Origin: a virus
Virus record (IMG/VR): IMGVR_UViG_3300018757_000030
Strand: one strand, 5' to 3'
DNA: 64,000 nt
This document shows positions 55,306 to 64,000 of this stretch, one piece after another. The number at the start of each line of letters is the position of its first letter. Within the stretch, counting starts at the first letter, position 1. A program made the position numbers and the translations under genes. The notes beneath the pieces were generated by a model that was not told the DNA's origin, did no database searches, and saw nothing but the letters and a program-made list of their open reading frames with translations.

Positions 55306-56112
55306 TTACTGCAGCCGGTAGTTCAATTCAATGCCGCCTGTTAGTGTTACTTTGTAATCCCGGCACATTTCGTTGATACGGCTGCCTATCGCTTCGTCAA
55401 ACTCACACATATCAGCAATGCTTTTTTCTGAGCTAACCAGAATCGGCAGGTTCTCAAGATATCGATAGTTCACGATGCCAAAGAGTTGTTCCAGTTGGTA
55501 GGGCGTTGGTTTTTCACGCCCCTTGAACAAGTCATCAATGAAAAGCACCTCGGCTCGTTGTAGCCGGTTAATCCGTTCCTCTGCTCGACCAAGGTCACTC
55601 TTTATCTCGTTGAATCCTTCCACCCAAGGGAAGTAAACTACTTCAATTCCCTTTTGGATTAAGTTGTTCGCTATCGCCATTATTAAATGTGTTTTGCCGC
55701 AACCAGGACGCCCTAGGAGGGCCGCACTGTTCTTCCGGGTCTGTTTGATCCTCGGGAAGTCTACAACGTATCTACGGGCCGTATGGAAGGCCTGAACAAC
55801 GATTTCAGGTCGCCCCTCCGTGTTGAAGTTTCCAAAGGTTTTCTTTTGGAACTCTTCGGTAATCTGACTGGATTTCATCAAGCGTTCAATTCGGCGTTTC
55901 TTGATGCACTCACAGTCGCGCCAGTATTCTCGGCCTTGATCGTCTTTGTAAAAGCTGCCTTCCTGGTCTTTGCAAATGGGACAGTTATAAGAGGGTTGGG
56001 TCTGATTCGTATTCCCATTCGAATTTTCTGTTTTCATCGAGGAATGCAAACTCGCTCTTTTTTTGATTTCCTCCAGGTTGAAGTTCTTCAGCGCTTCCTT
56101 TAGGCTTTCCAA
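55306..56112 (-). CDS. DnaC-like loader (copy 2)
   Basis: Identical to 12357-13163. Confidence 0.92.
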   Translation of the reverse strand: MESLKEALKNFNLEEIKKRASLHSSMKTENSNGNTNQTQPSYNCPICKDQEGSFYKDDQGREYWRDCECIKKRRIERLMKSSQITEEFQKKTFGNFNTEGRPEIVVQAFHTARRYVVDFPRIKQTRKNSAALLGRPGCGKTHLIMAIANNLIQKGIEVVYFPWVEGFNEIKSDLGRAEERINRLQRAEVLFIDDLFKGREKPTPYQLEQLFGIVNYRYLENLPILVSSEKSIADMCEFDEAIGSRINEMCRDYKVTLTGGIELNYRLQ

Positions 56113-56854
56113 GTCCGGCCCCTCCCTCCTGATAGTCCTTATAGCGTTCTTCGTTTAAAAAGGTCTTAGGATGTTTGATATATTGCGGTTCTGTATTCAA
56201 CCGATCGCATTGAACTTTGTAATTCTCAGCGCATCGGATTATGAGTTGCGGATCCTCGCCTTTCTTCAAAACGGTGTTCCAAGTTTTAAAGGCTTCTGCT
56301 TTTCCGATCTTGCGAGGATAGGTATTCCAGAATAATTCAAAATCAGAAGTGTATTCTTTTTTACTTTTATTTAATTTACTTTCTCTTTCCTTTCCTTTAC
56401 TTTCCTTTCCTTGCATTCCATTTGCATCTGCATTGCTATGCATTTGCATATCTGTTGCATTTTCTTCACTATCCTCAGATGGTTGTTTTTCCTTATCCCA
56501 TCTGGCTTTAGCCGCCTTTCGGCGCGCCTCTGATTTTTGCTCTCGAATCTCCATTCTTCTGAGTAAAGAGGCGCTCCAAAAGTGCGTTTCATCTGCTTCA
56601 AACAAATCAAACTCATGAATGCAATCACGTATGAATTCTTCAATTCGTTTGCTATCACCATGCAATTGCAATGCAAATGCATTAAATGCGTATTTGGAAT
56701 GCATATCAAGTTTGTATCCCTGGGATTCACGCATCATCTCAATAAGCATCCAGTACCAGCCGTACCCTTCCGATCCGTACACACCGCGCATTGCAGTTAT
56801 TTTAGGGTCGTGCCTGGCGTTGCTATCATGAGAAAAGTAATATGCCTCCTTCAT
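55985..56854 (-). CDS. Replication initiator (copy 2)
   Basis: Identical to 13036-13905. Confidence 0.85.
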   Translation of the reverse strand: MKEAYYFSHDSNARHDPKITAMRGVYGSEGYGWYWMLIEMMRESQGYKLDMHSKYAFNAFALQLHGDSKRIEEFIRDCIHEFDLFEADETHFWSASLLRRMEIREQKSEARRKAAKARWDKEKQPSEDSEENATDMQMHSNADANGMQGKESKGKERESKLNKSKKEYTSDFELFWNTYPRKIGKAEAFKTWNTVLKKGEDPQLIIRCAENYKVQCDRLNTEPQYIKHPKTFLNEERYKDYQEGGAGLGKPKGSAEELQPGGNQKKSEFAFLDENRKFEWEYESDPTLL

Positions 56855-57389
56855 TTCACCACCTACTTAATTTGTAAGTTCTTTAAGAGTGAATAGGTCA
56901 TGTACCTTTGTCATTCTCATTGGAAGAACCAGATAATTAATGTTCTCAAAGTAGACAGGCTGAAAGTATCCGTTGCACTTGATGTTTTCTCGCCCAAAGT
57001 GCTCACCAACTGCCTGTAAGTAGTTTTCGTTGATGAAAATAAACTGATCTTCATGTTTGAAGACTCTAAGGTATCCGACATCCCCAGCATCGTGAATAAA
57101 GCTCGTGTAAGTCGCTGGTTTTCCTTCACTAACCGGCTTCCATCGTTCGTCGGTGAGGGCTACATTTCTTAAAGGTACGTCAGAGTAATGGGCGTTCTGT
57201 AATAACATTCCGTCCTCAGGAGCCTCGCCAAAAACAGAAAGGAGAGTAACCAACACTTCACGAGGTAATTCATCAAATTTGATCAACCAGTGACGGTTTG
57301 TAATCGTGTGGCATCCATCTCTCAAAGACCAAATCAATCGGTTTTTATCGGACTTGATTTGCTTGCAAAGTCCTTTTATATTCAATCCA

Positions 57390-57761
57390 TTATTCTTCAT
57401 TTGCGTTGCTCCCTTCATATAGCTGCCGCCTGTAATCCTCGGCCCATTCCCGGCCTTCCCGGGTATAATCAATCCAGTTATGGCAGGTCCCGGTGTTAAC
57501 ACTAGGACCGCATAACATGGCAACGTCATTTACTGTGGTTTCCCCTTCGATCTTCCAGCGCCGGATTAGGTGAGCGCATTGCAAGGTTTGATACTCTGGA
57601 TTTCCATACTTGCCGCAACGCTCACACAGTCCTCCAGATCGCTCCATAGCTGCTTGGTATACTTCCGGCTTGATACGCCCTCGCATCTTGGTTGTGGGCT
57701 TTCTGCGGCGGCTGGTTGGCTTTGGGGCTGGGTTGAATCCAAAGGTGGTCATAGAGTCCAC
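57390..57761 (-). CDS. HNH-like nuclease (copy 2)
   Basis: Identical to 14441-14812. Confidence 0.7.
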   Translation of the reverse strand: MDSMTTFGFNPAPKPTSRRRKPTTKMRGRIKPEVYQAAMERSGGLCERCGKYGNPEYQTLQCAHLIRRWKIEGETTVNDVAMLCGPSVNTGTCHNWIDYTREGREWAEDYRRQLYEGSNANEE

Positions 57762-58099
57762 CTCCTAGATATCTGATTGATATTTAAGGATCGTCTGTAA
57801 AGCCGATACCTGAATTTTGATTGCGTCTGCTGCTTCGATACCAGCTTTGAATCTTGCCTCTGCCAAATCGCGTTGGAACAGCTTCTCTGATACGTTGCCT
57901 TTGGCAATGTCTGTGATAAGAGTTACCTGCATGCCCTCGGCCTTTAGTCTAAGCATCTCCTTGGCGAGCTCAGAGCGATATTCTCGCTCTGTCTCTGCTT
58001 TATCCCTACCAAGCTCGAAGAGTGCGTCAGCAGACTTACTAAGCCGTTGTGAGGCGGCGTGTATTTCTTTGGTTATATCAGTAATATGCATGGTTCACC

Positions 58100-58492
58100 T
58101 CAGAAAGGAAGCTCCCGATCATTGATGTCGATCGGTTGCCCTTCTCCTTCGAATGGGTCTTGCTGATTTTGTTGTTTATTTGAATCTAAGAAACGTACAT
58201 TATCTGCAATGACTTCTGTTACATACCGTCTGCCATTTTCAGAATCCCAACTGCGAACCTGTAAACGACCTTCGACCGCCACTAATTTCCCTTTTTGAGT
58301 ATAGTTAGCGCATGTTTCTGCAAGTTGCCTCCATGTTACAATCGGGATGAAATCAGCTTCTCGATCTCCATTTCCATTCATAAAAGGTCGATCTACAGCG
58401 AGGGTGAACGTACATACAGCTACACCAGAAGGTGTATATTTCAATTCTGGATCTTTGGTCAATCTACCAATTAGAATTACTCTATTAAGCAT
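58100..58492 (-). CDS. ssb: SSB (copy 2)
   Basis: Identical to 15151-15543. Confidence 0.97.
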   Translation of the reverse strand: MLNRVILIGRLTKDPELKYTPSGVAVCTFTLAVDRPFMNGNGDREADFIPIVTWRQLAETCANYTQKGKLVAVEGRLQVRSWDSENGRRYVTEVIADNVRFLDSNKQQNQQDPFEGEGQPIDINDRELPF

Positions 58493-59126
58493 TTACTTGC
58501 TCCTTCCCAGCCGACTCAAGCCGGTTGCATAATTCGTCATATTCTTCTTTGGTCAAGTCTTCAGCTTGCGTTTTGTTGTAGTCCTGCATGATTGCCTTTT
58601 TGACATCAGCAGCACTTATTTTCTTGCTGCTCGCTATTGCAAACAGCCGTTTAACCTGTGCCTCTGAACGCTTGTTTGGTTGGTTCTTGTATTCCACTTG
58701 ATTGCCAGAAACGCCATTTGCATCATCGTCTTTTTCAGTGGAGATACCGGATATAGCCGACAAGGAGTAACGTTTCATGTAGGTGATTTGTCCGCCCAAA
58801 TCCTGCATATTGTTGCTAGCCAACACACTTAATGGTTCGGATTTAACCCACTCTCCTGACTCGTGTAGGAGCATAGTTTCAACCGACAGCACGAGATTTC
58901 CGTCTTGAAGAAACGTCTTAGGAGTTTGAAGAACAGCTATCCCGTTTTCTTTGTACACGCTCTTCAGAGCATCAAAAATGCCTTCAAGGTCGGTATATGA
59001 GAATTCATAAGTGCCTCCATCACGTTTCCTAACAACAACGTTGGTGTTGTGCTTGGGAGTCTCAATGGATCCCCAAGCAGCTACCAATGCCTTAGAAATA
59101 GATTGATTAGATTCAGAAAAGATCAT
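58485..59126 (-). CDS. ERF SSAP (copy 2)
   Basis: Identical to 15536-16177. Confidence 0.9.
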   Translation of the reverse strand: MIFSESNQSISKALVAAWGSIETPKHNTNVVVRKRDGGTYEFSYTDLEGIFDALKSVYKENGIAVLQTPKTFLQDGNLVLSVETMLLHESGEWVKSEPLSVLASNNMQDLGGQITYMKRYSLSAISGISTEKDDDANGVSGNQVEYKNQPNKRSEAQVKRLFAIASSKKISAADVKKAIMQDYNKTQAEDLTKEEYDELCNRLESAGKEQVNA

Positions 59127-59605
59127 CGAATACTCAACCCACTTTCACCGTCCACCAATTCGACTCCATGGACCTTTTCTCCTGACTTCAACAACTCCAT
59201 AACGGCAGTCTTATCCACTTCTTTTTTAACTCGTACTAACTCAGATGGCACGGCATCAATGTTGGTGACTTCCACTCGTTTGCGCGGTTTGGTGATCGAG
59301 ACGGTAAACAGCATACTCTTGTGCTTATCCAGGCCAATACTCAACATGCCGGACTTCATTGCCTCTTTAAGTCGAACTACTTGGTTATCAAGCGATGTCT
59401 TCCGTTGAGACAGACGAACAGTCTCGTTCTTGATCGCTTCAGCTTCAGCCTCAAGCGTTTTAATTACTTTGCAGTAACCATCCAACTTATCAGAAATAGC
59501 ACCTTCCATACCCTGAAGCATGGCTGTATAATCAACGCCTTCGCCGCCCTCCTGGGCAAGCTCCAGCAAATCACGGTATTGTTCCGTCATATCGTATAAG
59601 TTCAT
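59123..59605 (-). CDS. Gp157-family protein (copy 2)
   Basis: Identical to 16174-16656. Confidence 0.88.
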   Translation of the reverse strand: MNLYDMTEQYRDLLELAQEGGEGVDYTAMLQGMEGAISDKLDGYCKVIKTLEAEAEAIKNETVRLSQRKTSLDNQVVRLKEAMKSGMLSIGLDKHKSMLFTVSITKPRKRVEVTNIDAVPSELVRVKKEVDKTAVMELLKSGEKVHGVELVDGESGLSIR

Positions 59606-60898
59606 AGGTCTTTACAACCTCCTAAAAAATGTGATATTGTGACCGTAAGAAAATTTTATAAACGACTTTTCAATGATCATGGTTGCCGCCGTGATCATTT
59701 TTCGTTTCCAGTTCAATTTGCAATTGCTTTAGATCGTCCGTAATCGGATCGAGCAGCGCGGTTATAAGTTGCTGGGCATCAATGTTGCCATACTTGGTTG
59801 GACGCTTCTGACACTCCTGCAATTCCTCAAGAAATGTTATAGCTCTTTGCAATTGCCTCAAGGCTCTCCCCTCCCCGGATCCGTCTTCTGATTTCATCGT
59901 AAGTGTCGTATTGCGCGTCACTACTAAAAATGAATTTTGGATAAGGACCGTCTGACTTTCTTCCACCAACGAATGCCAGTGCTTGGATGTCGGCGTATTC
60001 TTCGCTTGCTTTGATTCGGTAACCAAGGTTCATCTTCAATCGTCCTCACTTCCACATAGACATTGCAGTCAATGGCATCCAGCATGCACTTTTGACAGTG
60101 CGGTTGTTCGTAAACAATGTACTTCGCTTCATTCGGGCATCCTTCACACTTGATCACGCCTGTCACCTCGTCTATATAAAGCGACCGGGAGCCAGATGTT
60201 AAACAGAAGCCAAGCCGCAATTAGATAGATCATGATTCCTCCCAACCTTTCGGGACCGATCGACCGTTTGAGTTATTCCTTTTGCAGTCCGGACACAAGG
60301 CAGCTACCAGCTTACCCTTCGACTGATTCTTTTTGTTCAAGGTCACTCTGGTTAATGACTGTGATGACATTCTGCAAGCTTCACACTCTGAAGTTCTTGT
60401 CTTTCTTGGAATCCCAAGTCTGGCAAAGTCGTCTGGTGTCAATTTCACGAATCCGTAAGCAGACTTTTCAATAGCCTTCATTTCCTGGATCCACATATCA
60501 TTTGCTCCATTTCTTCTTGGTTTCATAAGCCGCATACTGTAGAGCTGACAACTTCTCGCCAGATGTTAGAGCGTTCCATGCTTTCACGATAATGTTCATT
60601 TCCATTCTCCCTTCTTGGTGAAAGATTCGTCTTTCAGATACTCAATCGCTCCGCAAATATCATGCAACCAATCCGAATCACCAGCCGTATAAGCTACCAT
60701 AGACAAGTTACTTAGCTCATCTAAGGTGCGGATGATCTCAAGATTCTGCATCAGATACGGCGCTAACACTCGAAGTGTTAATTCATCAATGATCAAGTTG
60801 CCTTTCTTATCCATGTTCAGAAACGTTACTTCGGCTAATTTACGATGGCTAGGATGGATAGCTAAGTCTTTCATGGGACCACTCTCCATTTCCTTGGA

Positions 60899-61639
60899 TT
60901 AAACTAGCGTGCCAATCGACAGTTCCTTTACGATCGTTGTATAGATTTCTTTCAACCGTGCATCAGCTTCAATCACGTCCAACCGGTTCGTTTCGTTGAT
61001 CTTCGTTTTGGTATGTCCCGAGTCAGCCAAACGTTCACGGAGATTTGCAAGGCGGCGGTTAAGATCGCATTTCCCTCGTTCTTCAAGAAGTTGATAACTA
61101 TCGGTTCTGATTTCCTTGAAGCTCCTACCGGATCTCCGAGCGGCCCCGTTAAGCATTCCGTTAATCTTCTGCCTCCAGTTATCGTCACGTTGCAGGAAAG
61201 TTTCCTTGATGGTCGTGAGCTGCTGTTCATGCTCCCGTTGTTTCTGCTCGATCTGCAATTGACGGTGTTCCATGGCGATCAGTAGTTGAAGCTGTGGGCT
61301 TAGGCCGGTTAGGTCGATTGACTGAGCCTTTTCCATTTCTTCAAACTTGGTTACATAAGCTGCTGTAAAAAGCACGCCTTTCTCTCCGGTCATCTTATTG
61401 GCTACCATGTCACAGCCCCTACGAGTAATGAGATAATGAGGCCGACCTTCTTTTTTGGCGTCAATGTATGTTGACTCAACGAAGAAATCCAACGAACGGA
61501 ACTTTCCGTTGGTTAAATGCTTGATGTAACCACCGATCCGTTCCAGCAAATCAGAGTGACGAACACCGATCATCTCCGCCACATCCCGACTATCTACAAG
61601 CAGTTGACCGTTTTGGTTTATCACCTGTAATTGATTCAT
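60899..61639 (-). CDS. Rha antirepressor (copy 2)
   Basis: Identical to 17950-18690. Confidence 0.9.
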   Translation of the reverse strand: MNQLQVINQNGQLLVDSRDVAEMIGVRHSDLLERIGGYIKHLTNGKFRSLDFFVESTYIDAKKEGRPHYLITRRGCDMVANKMTGEKGVLFTAAYVTKFEEMEKAQSIDLTGLSPQLQLLIAMEHRQLQIEQKQREHEQQLTTIKETFLQRDDNWRQKINGMLNGAARRSGRSFKEIRTDSYQLLEERGKCDLNRRLANLRERLADSGHTKTKINETNRLDVIEADARLKEIYTTIVKELSIGTLV

Positions 61640-61652
61640 TTCATTGCTCCCT

Positions 61653-61886
61653 TCATGCAAATTGTTGAATCTTCTCCTGCTTTCTTGATTCGATCCAGCG
61701 GATAAAGTCATTTTTATCCGCCCGTTTCGAATTCCCAATCTCAAAGTTAGGGATCCCCCCAACCTCTGGACTCGTTTGAAATAGTGAGTAAACCGTGCTT
61801 CTTGAGATACCCAAATAACTTGCGATATGCTGAGCCGCCAAGATATCAGGCAATTCATCGAGTGTTTTTGGTCGCTGGTTGTTCAT
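61653..61886 (-). CDS. Excisionase-like protein (copy 2)
   Basis: Identical to 18704-18937. Confidence 0.8.
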   Translation of the reverse strand: MNNQRPKTLDELPDILAAQHIASYLGISRSTVYSLFQTSPEVGGIPNFEIGNSKRADKNDFIRWIESRKQEKIQQFA

Positions 61887-61899
61887 GTTCTCACCCCTT

Positions 61900-62154
61900 T
61901 CAAGAAACCACTTTTTTTCTGACAAGTTCACTAAAAGAGACCTCATCACCAAAAAAAATATAGTTTTGCGACCGATTGTAGACTTGCTCGATTTTCTTGA
62001 TGTGTTGGTACGAGATGTTACTGGAATCTTGCTCCCAGCCCCGAAGAGTCGGAACACTAACACCGATGAGTTCTGCTGCTTCCCCCTGGGTGTAGCCAAA
62101 CTTAACCCGAAGAGAGCGCAAGGTGTCTTTCAAGACAAGTGGAATGTCACTCAA
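61900..62154 (-). CDS. Cro-like regulator (copy 2)
   Basis: Identical to 18951-19205. Confidence 0.88.
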   Translation of the reverse strand: MSDIPLVLKDTLRSLRVKFGYTQGEAAELIGVSVPTLRGWEQDSSNISYQHIKKIEQVYNRSQNYIFFGDEVSFSELVRKKVVS

Positions 62155-62314
62155 AGTTATCCCTCCCTTCTCGTTTTCTATATTAGGACTCTTTTAGTGA
62201 ACTGTCAACACCTTAATTCCTCTTTTAGAAAACATTTTTTCTAAAATGTATTGCAAAAGTTCTCTAATAGATATACTATTACAGAGGAAGCGATTTTTTG
62301 AGGAGGAACCAGAA

Positions 62315-62944
62315 GTGACGGATCACGATGTAAAAAAAATATTTGCTAAGAACATACTCAAACTCAGAAAAAACAAAAACCTAACTCAAAAAGAACTTGG
62401 AGAAGCGTTGGAACTTGGAAAAACAACAATCTCCCAGTGGGAATCAGCTCAGAAATTACCTAACGCCGGCAGCATAGAAAAAATCGCCGCGTTCTTCAAC
62501 ATACCTAAGAGCACACTTTTCGAAGAAGGAAACGGACAATTCACGTCTTATGGCCACCTAATTAACCTGCCGGTAGTGGGTAAGGTATCATGTGGAAATG
62601 GTGTTATTGCCTACGAAGAGATCGAAAGTTACGAACCAACTCCTGAGGATTGGGTTTCTGGAGGCGAATACTTTTACTTGGTCGCTGAAGGGGATAGCAT
62701 GACCGGGGCCAGAATTTATGATGGTGATCTTGTATTGATACGCCGTCAAGAAGAAGTCGAAGACGGGGATATTGCAGCTGTGCTTATTGATGAAAATGTG
62801 TTCTTAAAACGAGTTTACAAGCAGAACGATGCTTTGATTTTGCAATCCGAAAACCCTAATTTCCCACCGATTGTTGCTGATCCTAAAAATGACAGCATCA
62901 TCCGCGTTATTGGAAAACTAAAGAAAGCGATTATTAATTTCTAA
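62315..62944 (+). CDS. CI-like repressor (copy 2)
   Basis: Identical to 19366-19995. Confidence 0.93.
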   Translation: MTDHDVKKIFAKNILKLRKNKNLTQKELGEALELGKTTISQWESAQKLPNAGSIEKIAAFFNIPKSTLFEEGNGQFTSYGHLINLPVVGKVSCGNGVIAYEEIESYEPTPEDWVSGGEYFYLVAEGDSMTGARIYDGDLVLIRRQEEVEDGDIAAVLIDENVFLKRVYKQNDALILQSENPNFPPIVADPKNDSIIRVIGKLKKAIINF

Positions 62945-62958
62945 GGAGTTGAAAAACA

Positions 62959-64000
62959 ATGGCTTACTTTCGCAAACGAGGGAGTACATGGTATTACACC
63001 GTAGATATCGGGAAGGATCCATTGACGGGGGAAAGGAAACAGAAGACTAAGGGTGGATTCAGAACAAAAAAAGAAGCGCAATTAGCAGCACAAGCAATCG
63101 AACAAGAATCTGCTTTCGGAACATACATAGAAGAAAAGGACATCACTTTTGAAGAATTCGCTAAACAATGGATTGAACTTTACCGGAATAGCGGCAAAGT
63201 CAAAATAAGTACCGTTAGAGTTCGGCAACACGAATTAAACAACCTACTACCTTATTTCGCAAAACTCAAAATGAATGCAATCACTAAAAAGAAGTATCAA
63301 GACGCAATCAATGATCTCAAGAAAAAATTTTCAGATAATACTCTAGAGGGTATCAACAGCACTGGTAAGATGATATTCAAGAAGGCAGTTCAATTGGATG
63401 TGATCAAGACCGATCCAACAACTTATGCTTATGTCCCTAAGACTCAAAAGACTGTTGAGGAATTAGAAAAAGAAGAAGAGGCCGTGAAATACCTCGAAAA
63501 AGAGGAACTAGCATTACTTTTAAAGACAGCTCGCGAAAAAGGTTTGTACCAGGATTACATTATTTTTCTTCTTTTATCCTATACAGGCATGCGAGCTGGT
63601 GAACTTTGCGCTTTGAAGTGGAAAGACGTTGACTTTGAGGAACATACGATCAGCATAACCAAGACTTATTATAACCCTACAAATAATGCAACGAAATTTC
63701 AGCTGCTAACCCCCAAAACAGATACATCTAAAAGAGTTATCGAAGTGGATGAAGATGTGATAATTGAGTTAGAAAAGCATAAACGTGCTCAAAAAGAACT
63801 CATGATGAAGTATCGATTGAACTATTACGATGGTGACTTTGTAATAACTAAGACAAATAAATACCCAGGGTATCCAGAAATCATTAAGGTGATCGAAAAC
63901 CGGATGAATCGACTTTTGAAATTAGCCAACTTAAACACCGAACTAACTCCCCATTCACTCCGCCACACACACACCTCCTTACTCGCAGAAGCCGGTGTCC
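62959..64000 (+). CDS. int: Tyrosine integrase (copy 2, cut by window edge)
   Basis: Identical to the start of 20010-21182. Confidence 0.93.
   Translation, partial: MAYFRKRGSTWYYTVDIGKDPLTGERKQKTKGGFRTKKEAQLAAQAIEQESAFGTYIEEKDITFEEFAKQWIELYRNSGKVKISTVRVRQHELNNLLPYFAKLKMNAITKKKYQDAINDLKKKFSDNTLEGINSTGKMIFKKAVQLDVIKTDPTTYAYVPKTQKTVEELEKEEEAVKYLEKEELALLLKTAREKGLYQDYIIFLLLSYTGMRAGELCALKWKDVDFEEHTISITKTYYNPTNNATKFQLLTPKTDTSKRVIEVDEDVIIELEKHKRAQKELMMKYRLNYYDGDFVITKTNKYPGYPEIIKVIENRMNRLLKLANLNTELTPHSLRHTHTSLLAEAGV

Larger units (their letters stand above)
42950..64000. repeat. Direct repeat, copy 2 (second pass through the genome)
   Basis: Same ORFs and translations as 1-21051 shifted by 42,949. 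Confidence 0.97.

Overview
The window is one complete temperate siphophage genome of 42,949 bp plus a further 21,051 bp of the same genome. Positions 1-21051 recur at 42950-64000, and every ORF in the track recurs at +42,949. No host DNA is present. Host is inferred to be Paenibacillus or a relative. Almost all genes are on the - strand: early/replication module (Rha antirepressor, Gp157, ERF, SSB, replication initiator, DnaC-like loader, RuvC-like resolvase, dUTPase, many small accessory ORFs), ArpU late activator, HNH, cos, P27 terminase, HK97-type head, long non-contractile tail, holins and amidase. On the + strand are an S24-type repressor and a tyrosine integrase, followed by an intact attP whose core is the 3' end of groEL. 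The most striking unexplained element is a ~860-nt, GC-richer, ORF-poor, densely base-paired region (3030-3890; copy 45979-46839) directly behind the ArpU-type late promoter. It has a pseudoknot and a tRNA-like 3' domain, so it is a candidate large ornate ncRNA, GOLLD-like or a new class. Other highlights are a GT-C glycosyltransferase moron paired with a beta-helix receptor-binding protein inside the tail module, a secreted-protein moron whose RBS is hidden in read-through transcripts, and two stand-alone sRNA candidates. All calls are by eye from the sequence and the ORF track; no searches were run. Some start codons were moved from the ORF track to SD-supported positions. Small genes in the second copy are not relisted (add 42,949).
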